64,000 nt of DNA, from the NCBI GenBank assembly GCA_963674755.2, contig CAXXVS010000002.1, positions 608,001 through 672,000 on the forward strand, written 5' to 3'. The DNA is from Desulfobacterales bacterium. Its GTDB lineage: Bacteria > Desulfobacterota > Desulfobacteria > Desulfobacterales > UBA5852. How positions within the stretch are numbered: position 1 is the first letter of the stretch; each line of letters starts with the position of its first letter. Positions 21,381 to 29,466 of this stretch are shown here, in pieces. The notes beneath the pieces were generated by a model. The model worked only from the letters and a program-made list of their open reading frames with translations. It searched no databases and had not been told where the DNA came from. Made by a program: the position numbers and the translations under genes.

Positions 21381-22120
21381 TTCGGCTCGCAAACGTCCAT
21401 TTCAGCTATGCCGACGGCAATATCGGCCTGCAGGACGTGTCTTTCGGCATCCCGGCCGGGGAACTGGTGGTGGTGGCCGGGGCCAATGGGTCCGGCAAGA
21501 CCACCCTGCTCAAACACCTGAACGGGCTTCTGCTCCCCCAGAGGGGCCGGGTGGAGGTGGACGGTATTTGCACCCGGGACGACCTGCCCGGTATCCGGCA
21601 GCGCGTGGGAATGGTGTTCCAGCATGCCGACGCCCAGATCGTGGGGGAGACCGTGGCCGAGGACGTGGCCTTCGGGCCGGAAAACCTGTGCCTGCCCCGT
21701 CCGGAAATCGAGCGCCGCGTGACCGAAGCCCTGGAGGCTGTAAGCCTGGTCCACAAGAAACACCAGCGTCCCCACCTGCTCTCCGGCGGAGAAAAACGCC
21801 GCCTGACCATCGCCGGGATTCTGGCCATGCAGCCTGCGGTGGTGGTCTTTGACGAGCCCTTTTCCAGCCTGGATCTATTCGGGGTGCGGCAGGTGCTGCG
21901 CCAGATTCTGGCCCTCAAGGCCTCCGGGAGGACGGTGCTGGTCACCACCCATGACATCGACAAAATCATCGCCCACACCGATCGTGTGGTGCTGATGCAA
22001 GAGGGGCGGCTGGTGGGGGAGGGGCCGCCTTCCCAATGGCTGCCCGTGGTGGAGCGCTATGGCGTGCGCCAGCCCGAGGCGTCACGTCTGGGCGTAGCGG
22101 TGCGATCATGGCTGAACTGA
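21377..22120 (+). CDS. ECF transporter ATP-binding component (BioM/CbiO-like)
   Basis: GANGSGKTT, VAFGPEN, LSGGEKRR and DEP; ATGA overlap with bioY. Confidence 0.9.
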   Translation: MIRLANVHFSYADGNIGLQDVSFGIPAGELVVVAGANGSGKTTLLKHLNGLLLPQRGRVEVDGICTRDDLPGIRQRVGMVFQHADAQIVGETVAEDVAFGPENLCLPRPEIERRVTEALEAVSLVHKKHQRPHLLSGGEKRRLTIAGILAMQPAVVVFDEPFSSLDLFGVRQVLRQILALKASGRTVLVTTHDIDKIIAHTDRVVLMQEGRLVGEGPPSQWLPVVERYGVRQPEASRLGVAVRSWLN

Positions 22121-22863
22121 GCGTATTCGGTTATCGTCATGGCCGCAGCCCGGCCCACCGGCTGGATGTCCGCTGCAAGCTGATCATCCTGCTTGTGTTG
22201 ACCGCGGCCGTCGTGGCGGCCCCACCGGTGGCGATGGGGCCAATCTCCCTGGGCATCATCCTGCTCTGGGCTAGCTTGCGCCTGCCCCTGCGCCGGTTGG
22301 GGCGCGAAATTCGTCTCTTTCTGGTCTTTCTTATGGCGGTATTCATCGTACGCGCCTTGTCGACTCCCGGCGTGTCTGTGGTGGACTGGCACGGACTGTC
22401 CGTTTCCCGTGAAGGTCTGTACCAGGGTGCCGTGGTGGCCTGGCGACTGATGATGGTCCTGGCCCTGGGATTGGTTTTTGTCACCACCACGCGGCCTTCC
22501 CATCTGAAGGCGGCGGTTCAGTGGCTGCTGCGTCCGGTCCCCTTTGTGCACGCCCCCAAGGCCGCCACCATGGTGGGGCTGATCGTGCGCTTCATCCCTG
22601 TTCTCCACCAACAGGTACGCGAAACCCGGAGCGCCCTGGCGGCCCGCGGGGGCGGCCGGCAGCGGCTGCGCCTGGGGCAGATCCGCTATCTCGTTTTTCC
22701 CACCATGCGCCGGGTCGTACTGGCGGCGGATCAACTCGCCCTGGCCATGCTGGCCCGGGGCTACCAGGAAACACGCACCGAGCCCGACCTGCACGCCACG
22801 GCCGCCGACGGCCTGGCGCTCGCCGCGGCGGCCGCTGTTCTGGCGGCAACCCTGATGATTTGA
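22108..22863 (+). CDS. ECF transporter transmembrane T component (BioN/CbiQ-like)
   Basis: HRLD, RFIP and two ARG motifs (AARG, LARGY). Confidence 0.88.
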   Translation: MAELSVFGYRHGRSPAHRLDVRCKLIILLVLTAAVVAAPPVAMGPISLGIILLWASLRLPLRRLGREIRLFLVFLMAVFIVRALSTPGVSVVDWHGLSVSREGLYQGAVVAWRLMMVLALGLVFVTTTRPSHLKAAVQWLLRPVPFVHAPKAATMVGLIVRFIPVLHQQVRETRSALAARGGGRQRLRLGQIRYLVFPTMRRVVLAADQLALAMLARGYQETRTEPDLHATAADGLALAAAAAVLAATLMI

Positions 22864-22890
22864 CACACGGAATCCAGCGATGGTATATGC

Positions 22891-22954
22891 GGAACCGGTT
22901 CAAGGTCGATGCCGCTTGAGTGAGCGCTACAGCTCGGTTCCAGGCGGTTTTTTT
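22891..22954 (+). promoter_or_regulatory. Riboswitch-like leader with competing terminator upstream of trkA (candidate Na+/DUF1646 class)
   Basis: GGAACCG (22891)/CGGTTCC (22935) helix overlaps the terminator GCCGCTTG/CAGGCGGT plus T-run; TTGACA at 22860. Confidence 0.5.
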
Positions 22955-22986
22955 GCTCCGGGACGTTTCAACCAGGGGAATCCTTT

Positions 22987-24351
22987 TTGAAAGTCATCAT
23001 CATCGGCGCCGGTGAGGTGGGATTCCACATTGCCAGCCACCTGTCACGGGAAAACAAGAATGTCATCGTGGTGGACCGGAACCCGGAGGCGCTGCGGCGG
23101 GTGTCCGACAACCTCGATGTTCAGGTGCTCCAGGGATCCGGCAGCAGCCCGGTGGTCCTGGAGGAGGCCGGCATCGGTTCGGCCGAGATCATGCTGGCCG
23201 TCACCAACAGCGACGAGGCCAATCTGGTGGCCTGCCTGGCGGCCGATATCATTTCACCGTCCACCAAGAAGCTGGCCCGCCTCCGGAACGCCGACTACGA
23301 CGACTATCACGAGACCTTCCGCGAGAAGGCCCCGCACATCGATACGGTCATCAACCCCGACATCGAGGTGGTCAAAACCATCTACCGCATGATGAAGGTT
23401 CCCGGTGCGGTGGACGTGGGGGAATTCGCTGACGGGCGCATCATGTTCGTGGGCCTTTATCTGGACGAGCATTCCCCCCTCAACCACGTCAAACTGATCG
23501 ACCTCCCCGCCAAGCTGAAGGGGGTCAGGCCGTTGATCGCGGCCATCATGCGCGACGAGGAACTGATTATCCCCCGCGGCCGGGATCGCCTCATGGCCGG
23601 CGATCTGGTGTACTACATCACGGCCCGCGAGCAGTTGCAGGAAACCCTGGCGGTCTTCGGCAAGCAGGAGCCGCCCCTCAAGCGGGTCCTCATCATCGGC
23701 GGCGGACGGATCGGCTACCGCCTGGCCGCCGTGCTCGAAAGCCAGCCCATTGCCTGTAAGATCATCGAGCGGAATTCCGAAAAATGCGATCGGCTGGCCG
23801 AGCGCCTCAACAAGGCCGTTGTGCTGCACGGCGACGGGTCGGACCAGGGGCTTCTGGCCGAGGAGAACGTGGGCGGGATGGATGCCGTGGTCACCCTGAC
23901 CAACGACGAGGAAACCAATATCATCGCCTCCCTGCTGGCCCGGCGCATGGGCATCCGCAAGTGCATCACCCGCATCAGCAAATTCAGCTATTTCCCGCTC
24001 ATGAGTACCATCGGCATCGACCAGGTGGTCAGCCCGCGGCTTTCCGCCATCAACAGCATCCTCCAGCATGTGCGGCGGGGCAAGGTCCTCTCGGCCATGT
24101 CCATCAAGGGCGAGCAGGCTGAAATCCTGGAAGCCATGGCCATGGCCACCTCGGCCATCGTGTCCAAGCCCCTGCGCAATGTCGGCGTTCCCCGGGGCGC
24201 CCTGGTGGCGGCCGTCATCCGCAAAGAGCGGATCATCATTCCCAGCGGCGATACGGTCATCGAACCCGACGACCGCATCATTATCGTGGCCCGGCGCGAG
24301 GCCATCCAGCAGGTCGAGAAAATTCTGGCGGTCAAGCTGGAGTTCTTCTGA
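22987..24351 (+). CDS. trkA: Trk potassium uptake system NAD-binding subunit
   Basis: Two RCK_N (GAGEVG, GGGRIG) and RCK_C repeats. Confidence 0.94.
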   Translation: MKVIIIGAGEVGFHIASHLSRENKNVIVVDRNPEALRRVSDNLDVQVLQGSGSSPVVLEEAGIGSAEIMLAVTNSDEANLVACLAADIISPSTKKLARLRNADYDDYHETFREKAPHIDTVINPDIEVVKTIYRMMKVPGAVDVGEFADGRIMFVGLYLDEHSPLNHVKLIDLPAKLKGVRPLIAAIMRDEELIIPRGRDRLMAGDLVYYITAREQLQETLAVFGKQEPPLKRVLIIGGGRIGYRLAAVLESQPIACKIIERNSEKCDRLAERLNKAVVLHGDGSDQGLLAEENVGGMDAVVTLTNDEETNIIASLLARRMGIRKCITRISKFSYFPLMSTIGIDQVVSPRLSAINSILQHVRRGKVLSAMSIKGEQAEILEAMAMATSAIVSKPLRNVGVPRGALVAAVIRKERIIIPSGDTVIEPDDRIIIVARREAIQQVEKILAVKLEFF

Positions 24352-25799
24352 TGCACTGGCGCCATGTCCTCAAGGTGGTGGGTGTATTGACCATCGCCCT
24401 GGCATGCACCATGATCATCCCCCTACTGGTGGGCGTTTACTACCACGACCGCAGCGTCTTGCCCTTCGGGATGGCCCTGGCCGCCTCCCTGGCGGGCGGC
24501 ACGGCTCTTTTCCTGGCCGGCCGCACGGATCGCACGGAGTTCGTCAGCCAGCGGGAGGGCATGGCCATCGTGGCCCTGGGCTGGACCGTGGCCGGTGTCT
24601 TCGGCGCCCTGCCGTTTTACTTCGAGGGCGAATGCCCAACTTTCGTGGACGCTCTCTTCGAGTCGGTATCCGGGTTCACTACCACGGGGGCCTCGGTGCT
24701 CACGGATATTGAAGCGGTCTCACGGGGGCTGCTCTTGTGGCGCAGCCTCATCCAATGGCTGGGCGGCATGGGAATTATCGTGCTGGGGATTGCTATCCTG
24801 CCGTTTTTAGGCGTCGGCGGGATGCAGCTTTACAAGGCCGAGGTGCCGACCCCGGTGCCCGACAAACTCCAGCCGCGGATCCGCGACACCGCCATGATTC
24901 TCTGGAAAGTCTACGCCCTGATCACGGCGGCCGAGGTCGTGGCGCTGTGGGCCGGCGGCATGTCCTTATACGACGCCGTGAACCACGCCATGACGACCCT
25001 GCCCACGGGCGGATTTTCCACCAAAAACGCCTCGGTGGCGCAATTCGGCAGCCTTTATTTCGATTTGGTTATTTCCTTTTTCATGGTGTTGGCGGGGATC
25101 AATTTCTCCCTGCACTACCAGATGCTGCGGGGCCAGACCCTGGCCTTCTGGCGGGATTCGGAGTGCCGTTTTTTCCTGGGGGCGGTCCTGGTGCTCACCC
25201 TGGTGGTGTCCTTCGATATATGGGGCAGCATCTATGCCACGATCGGCGAGTCGCTGCGCTACGGCCTGTTCCAGGTGGTCTCCATCGTCACCACCACCGG
25301 CTATGCCACCGCCGACTATGAACGATGGCCGGCCATGTCCCAGTTGATTCTCCTGTTGTGCATGTTTCTGGGGGCCTCGGCCGGATCCACAGGCGGCGGT
25401 ATGAAATGCCTGCGGATCATGCTGTGCTTCAAGTTCTGTTACAAGGAGTTGTTTTCCCTGATTCATCCCCGGGCGGTCACCCACGTCAAGATTGCCGGCA
25501 AGGGCGTGCCCGACGACGTGCTGCGCAGCGTGCTGGGCTTTTTGGCACTTTACATGGGCTTGTTCGGCTTGTGTTCGGTCCTGCTGGCCGGTATGGGGGT
25601 GGATATGACCACCGCTTTCGGCGCCGTGGCCGCCACCCTGGGCAATATCGGGCCGGGTTTCGGTATGGTGGGGCCGGTGGAGAACTACGCCCTGATCCCC
25701 GGCCTCGGCAAATGGCTCCTGATCTGGTGCATGCTGTTGGGGCGGCTGGAGATCTATACGCTGATCATCCTGTTGGTCCCGGAATTCTACCGCAAGTGA
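24351..25799 (+). CDS. trkH: Trk potassium uptake membrane subunit
   Basis: SGFTTTG, WLGGMG, TGGFS, GSTGGG, NIGPG and GRLE; TGATG coupling to trkA. Confidence 0.94.
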   Translation: MHWRHVLKVVGVLTIALACTMIIPLLVGVYYHDRSVLPFGMALAASLAGGTALFLAGRTDRTEFVSQREGMAIVALGWTVAGVFGALPFYFEGECPTFVDALFESVSGFTTTGASVLTDIEAVSRGLLLWRSLIQWLGGMGIIVLGIAILPFLGVGGMQLYKAEVPTPVPDKLQPRIRDTAMILWKVYALITAAEVVALWAGGMSLYDAVNHAMTTLPTGGFSTKNASVAQFGSLYFDLVISFFMVLAGINFSLHYQMLRGQTLAFWRDSECRFFLGAVLVLTLVVSFDIWGSIYATIGESLRYGLFQVVSIVTTTGYATADYERWPAMSQLILLLCMFLGASAGSTGGGMKCLRIMLCFKFCYKELFSLIHPRAVTHVKIAGKGVPDDVLRSVLGFLALYMGLFGLCSVLLAGMGVDMTTAFGAVAATLGNIGPGFGMVGPVENYALIPGLGKWLLIWCMLLGRLEIYTLIILLVPEFYRK

Positions 25800-25941
25800 G
25801 CGACCCGTCGGAAAGGGCGTCTTTCAGCCCCAGCCGGCGTTCTCGCAATTTGCCGGTCCTCGACGTAGTTCACTACGCCTGCGGTCGTCAAATCGCTGCG
25901 GCCTTGCCTGGAACTGAAATTCACCCTTTCCGACAGGCCGC
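25800..25941. repeat. MITE/REP-like dispersed repeat, copy C (diverged)
   Basis: Terminal IR GCGACCCGTCGGAAAGGG / CCCTTTCCGACAGGCCGC; core GCCGGCGTTCTCGC...GTAG...CTAC...GCGGCCTTG. Confidence 0.7.
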
Positions 25942-26141
25942 AGGTGGCGCTGAGAAAAAAGGATTTCGGGCATTTCTTGAAGTCGTTTGTTGCGTTTATT
26001 CGGCATCAAAATCGCTATCTGAATCGTTTTTCGTTTGTCAGCGGGTCGGTTTAGGATCCCGATTCTGAAACCCTGAGATGCCAGCGGAACGGGAAAAAAC
26101 GCCATCGATGTTGAATTTTCCCTCAATAGCTCGCTTTCCTA

Positions 26142-26172
26142 TTGACAAGCGATCTTCCTTTGTTTAGATAAT
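26142..26172 (+). promoter_or_regulatory. Sigma-70-like promoter of the tRNA pair
   Basis: TTGACA at 26142 followed by TAGATAAT, about 15 nt before tRNA-Lys. Confidence 0.6.
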
Positions 26173-26187
26173 GGCGTTTCCTGACCG

Positions 26188-26263
26188 GGGCCGTTAACTC
26201 AGTCGGTAGAGTATCTGCCTTTTAAGCAGAGAGTCGCTGGTTCGAGCCCAGCACGGCCCACCA
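26188..26263 (+). tRNA. tRNA-Lys(UUU)
   Basis: Cloverleaf GGGCCGT...ACGGCCC-A-CCA; anticodon arm TCTGC-CTTTTAA-GCAGA; TTCGA T-loop. Confidence 0.97.
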
Positions 26264-26269
26264 CATTGC

Positions 26270-26347
26270 GTCCCCATCGTCTAGCCCGGTCCAGGACACC
26301 GGCCTTTCACGCCGGCGACAGGGGTTCGAATCCCCTTGGGGACGCCA
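26270..26347 (+). tRNA. tRNA-Glu(UUC)
   Basis: GTCCCCA...TGGGGAC-G-CCA; anticodon arm CCGGC-CTTTCAC-GCCGG; TTCGAAT. Confidence 0.97.
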
Positions 26348-26417
26348 TTTGCAGACAACAGGCACCGGAAGGTGCCTGATCTATATAGTCCGGCAATTGC
26401 CGGACGTTGGACTATTC

Positions 26418-26451
26418 AGCCCCCGGACGCGCAAGCTTTCGGGGGCTTTTT
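26418..26451 (+). terminator. Intrinsic terminator after the tRNA operon
   Basis: AGCCCCCGGA...TTCGGGGGCT followed by a T-run. Confidence 0.75.
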
Positions 26452-26855
26452 GTTTGGTGTTTTTGCGATCGATTTCATACCTTTTGCAATATTCAATCAA
26501 TTTTGGTAGCGTGTGTTCATTCCCTTTTTTTGAAGCCGGCCCAACCCCATTTCGCGCAATGCGATCCGATGAATCATCTTTGACACATAAAAGATGCAAT
26601 CCTATGGCTTTTGTGATTACGCGATGTCAAAGGTTTTAAAGCGAAGAGACTTCTGAAATTTATAAGTGAGGGCATCCCTATAATGGCCCCTATCGCATAA
26701 GGTGGGTTATCCTTCAACATCGATATGCCGTCGAGGGACTGCGATGAACGATGGTGCGTACCGCAGGGAGGGAAAAGGGACATTGACTAAGAGTGAAGGG
26801 TTTGGTTTGTACTCTTAGTCAACAACGTCCCCAACTCTCCCACAAGCGTAACATC

Positions 26856-26928
26856 ACATAACCTCATTCTTTACTCGGATTGTGACTACGCTGCGCTCCG
26901 CCACAACCGGTAAGCATGGGCGTTAACT
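26856..26928 (+). other. Integron attC site 1
   Basis: ACATAAC...GTTAACT ends with imperfect internal IR TTAC(T)CGG(A)TTGTG / CACAACCGGTAA. Confidence 0.75.
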
Positions 26929-26966
26929 TCAAAAAAATTTATCCTTGTTAAGCGGGCTAAAAATAA

Positions 26967-27908
26967 ATGGACAAGAATTTTACATTTATCCCAAATCATA
27001 TTGAGATTATTGGGGACCTGCCATTTGAAATAATTCCATCCTATTTTTTGAGAAAAGCGAACAACATTGAAATTAATTTAATAACTAAAAATCTTGATTC
27101 TATAGGTAGTCTGATTTCAAAGACAGGGAATCTTCCCTATGCAGTTTCCTTTTCAGACGAAATATTATCTGAGAATGAAGTTTATCTAAAAACCGAGCCT
27201 TTGGATTTCAAAGACTGGAAATATTATGTTGTAGAATACGAAGGACATGGGGAATTATTGCATAAATATCAGTTAACTGCCAATCTTTTTAAGTACCCAT
27301 TGGAGTTTGATGTCTTTCAATTAGAACAATACGAAAATTCTTACGCTTTTTCCTACTCGCCAGATATTGCATACCGATTCTTTGCAGATAATGATCTAAC
27401 AGTGCTACAGACGCTAAATGTCAATGATTTGATTAAATTATCTGAATCATATAAAAAGATGTGTGATATTGAAGCTAAGTATCATGAAATTAAAAACTCA
27501 ATTTTTATATACAATTCATTAAGGTTTTTGCCGAATTACAACGAATATAGAATATTAGGATTGTTTACAGCCATAGAATCTCTGATCACTCACAAGCCTT
27601 CAAAAAAAGAAACAGGAGACTCGTTAACACATCAAATAAAGACTAAAATTCCGTTGCTACTCAACAGAATTGATAGCAGCGAAATATCAGAAAATTATTA
27701 TCAGAAAGAAAAATTAGATACCCTTTGGGGCAAACTTTACGATTATAGAAGTAGCATTGCTCATGGAACCAAAGCTGATTTTAATAAAGAATTACAACTG
27801 TTGGAAAGTCCGATTAAAATAACAGAATATTTATCACTCTGCGTTAAAAATCTAATTCTTTTAGCTCTAGAAGAACCTCAACTAATTCAAGATTTAAGAA
27901 AATGTTAA
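26967..27908 (+). CDS. HEPN-domain protein (ApeA-like), gene cassette 1
   Basis: C-terminal LFTAIESL...YDYRSSIAHG (RxxxxH); AT-rich; flanked by attC sites. Confidence 0.75.
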   Translation: MDKNFTFIPNHIEIIGDLPFEIIPSYFLRKANNIEINLITKNLDSIGSLISKTGNLPYAVSFSDEILSENEVYLKTEPLDFKDWKYYVVEYEGHGELLHKYQLTANLFKYPLEFDVFQLEQYENSYAFSYSPDIAYRFFADNDLTVLQTLNVNDLIKLSESYKKMCDIEAKYHEIKNSIFIYNSLRFLPNYNEYRILGLFTAIESLITHKPSKKETGDSLTHQIKTKIPLLLNRIDSSEISENYYQKEKLDTLWGKLYDYRSSIAHGTKADFNKELQLLESPIKITEYLSLCVKNLILLALEEPQLIQDLRKC

Positions 27909-27913
27909 GAATC

Positions 27914-27978
27914 AGTTAACCACCGCCTTCACACGGACCCCGTAAACAGCGCGAGTCCGGTGAGGCGGAACGTTATAC
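27914..27978 (+). other. Integron attC site 2
   Basis: AGTTAAC...GTTATAC ends; CCGCCT(T)CAC(A)CGGAC / GTCCGGTGAGGCGG stem; starts just after the cassette 1 stop codon. Confidence 0.85.
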
Positions 27979-27990
27979 GAGCAGACATAA

Positions 27991-28281
27991 ATGGATTTTT
28001 TGATAGAAATCGGATTGTGGTGCGCCTTATTTTTTTACGCCATACCTTTAATTTTACTATTTTTTCGCCGGAAATATTTTGTAATTTATAATTGCATACC
28101 CCTTATAGTTCTTGTGCTTGTGTGGGGACAGCATTTCTATGCCTCAGCTCAACCAGGATATAAAGAAGGCCCCGGAGGAGCCCTTGGCATTTATTTGGGG
28201 TTTTTAATTTCAGTTGCATTTTGTTTAGGCGTTTCTTTAAGTTATGTATCATATTGGGCATATAGGAGATGGAAGCAGTAA
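27991..28281 (+). CDS. Small membrane protein (3 hydrophobic segments), gene cassette 2
   Basis: 96 aa hydrophobic ORF that almost exactly fills the space between attC2 and attC3. Confidence 0.7.
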   Translation: MDFLIEIGLWCALFFYAIPLILLFFRRKYFVIYNCIPLIVLVLVWGQHFYASAQPGYKEGPGGALGIYLGFLISVAFCLGVSLSYVSYWAYRRWKQ

Positions 28282-28284
28282 TTC

Positions 28285-28347
28285 GTATAACAAATCGTTC
28301 GTGTGGGACTATCGCTTCGCGCCGGTCCCACAACTCAAACGTTAACC
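28285..28347 (+). other. Integron attC site 3
   Basis: GTATAAC...GTTAACC ends; TGTGGGAC / GTCCCACA stem; 3 nt after the cassette 2 stop codon. Confidence 0.85.
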
Positions 28348-28457
28348 CAATCGGACACAAGCCCGGACACAAAATCTGATGTCCAAAATGCTCTCATATG
28401 CGTCTGATGCGCTAAAAAGGGTAATAAATTCAGTGAGGGTGGGGTAGTGTGGAAGCA

Positions 28458-28501
28458 CTTTCACGCCGGCGACAGGGGTTCGAATCCCCTTGGGGACGCC
28501 A
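28458..28501 (+). repeat. Duplicated 3' half of tRNA-Glu (attR)
   Basis: CTTTCACGCCGGCGACAGGGGTTCGAATCCCCTTGGGGACGCCA is an exact copy starting in the anticodon loop. Confidence 0.92.
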
Positions 28502-28575
28502 ATTTCGCATAACAGGCACCTGATTCGGGTGCCTGATTTACATCGTCCGGCCGACGTGCCGGACGTTGGATGATG

Positions 28576-28609
28576 AAACCCCCGATGCGAATGCATCCGG
28601 GGGTTTTTT
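28576..28609 (+). terminator. Intrinsic terminator after attR
   Basis: AAACCCCCGATGC-GAAT-GCATCCGGGGGTTTTTT. Confidence 0.75.
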
Positions 28610-28796
28610 GATGGCGCCGCCTACCGCCAGTTCTTCATCTATCGCTTTTTGCGATCGCTCTAAAGGGTAAAGCGCCACTTTGACTGAAATCTCCCCACTT
28701 ATGATGTTTCTGTGCAACAAATGGGAAAATGAGGTATTATAGAAAATATTCAGGACTGATGGGCTAATAGAACTTAACCAACCGAAGGAAATCACC

Positions 28797-28901
28797 ATGT
28801 CTAAAGCACGCGACACCCAAAAGGATGTGAAGAAAAAGTCCGAGAAATCATTGAAGGAGAAACGCAAGGAAAAAAAGCAGAAGAAATCTAAAAAAGGATA
28901 G
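28797..28901 (+). CDS. 34-aa Lys-rich small protein (MSKARDTQKDVKKKSEKSLKEKRKEKKQKKSKKG)
   Basis: AAGGA RBS, ATG...TAG; below the ORF-track size cut-off. Confidence 0.6.
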   Translation: MSKARDTQKDVKKKSEKSLKEKRKEKKQKKSKKG

Positions 28902-29085
28902 GGGCGTCCATAGAATTTTCCCCAAAATTTCATTCGATTGCCTCGCGCTTGTCTTGATCATCTACTCAGAGTGAATATATTGACACTCAGGGCGATTCCG
29001 AGGAGGCGATCGAATCATTCCGCGACAGAATGCCACCATTCTGAATCTGTAGTTGTATACGACCCGCCGCCCATCACCTAGTGCA

Positions 29086-29326
29086 ATGACCATCCATAGA
29101 AGGCATCTTTCGGCCCCGCCGCCGGTGGACCGGGTCCCCGAACGGGGATAACTCCACCTATGGCGGACAAGCCGGGGTTTCCGCTGGTTTTCAATTATAG
29201 AGATAGCGCGCTATTGCTCCGGTTGACAGCTACCGTTGGGAAGCGATCAGACGGGAAATCCCGCGGAGCGGGAAAACGCGCCCGGATCTTGCCAGAAACC
29301 AAAATCTCCCCTTTATGGACGGACAC
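29086..29326. repeat. MITE/REP-like dispersed repeat, copy D (long form)
   Basis: CCATCCATAGAAGGCATCTTTCGGCCCC...AAAATCTCCCCTTTATGGACGG; the internal GTCCCCGAACGGGGAT..CCACC..TGGCGGACAAGCCGG module is shared with copies E and F. Confidence 0.7.
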
Positions 29327-29466
29327 GCACACAGTCGACTTTCCCTGAATTCACCGTCTGCCGTTCATTTCGATAACGGTCGCTGCAAACAGGAAACCAA
29401 TGACGCTATATGTCGCATCTCGGCGACATTCCATTACCATACCCAATGATGAAAGGAGACGGTACC

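Larger units (their letters stand above)
26304..28501. mobile_element. AT-rich genomic islet integrated at tRNA-Glu (attL/attR 44-bp direct repeat), with no integrase
   Basis: 26304-26347 is identical to 28458-28501; the interior is strongly AT-rich relative to the flanks. Confidence 0.85.

Noticed and set aside
26348..26855. Integrase remnant inside the islet
   Set aside because: The short ORFs show no tyrosine- or serine-recombinase motifs that I can recognise
26856..28347. CRISPR array interpretation of the palindromes
   Set aside because: The units differ in sequence, are separated by whole genes and have attC ends; no cas genes are present
28458..28501. Second tRNA-Glu gene
   Set aside because: Only the 3' half is present; the 5' acceptor strand and D-arm are missing, so it is an att site
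28342..28933. Minus-strand ORFs of 84 and 131 aa
   Set aside because: They read through the tRNA repeat, the terminator and the antisense strand of the Lys-rich ORF
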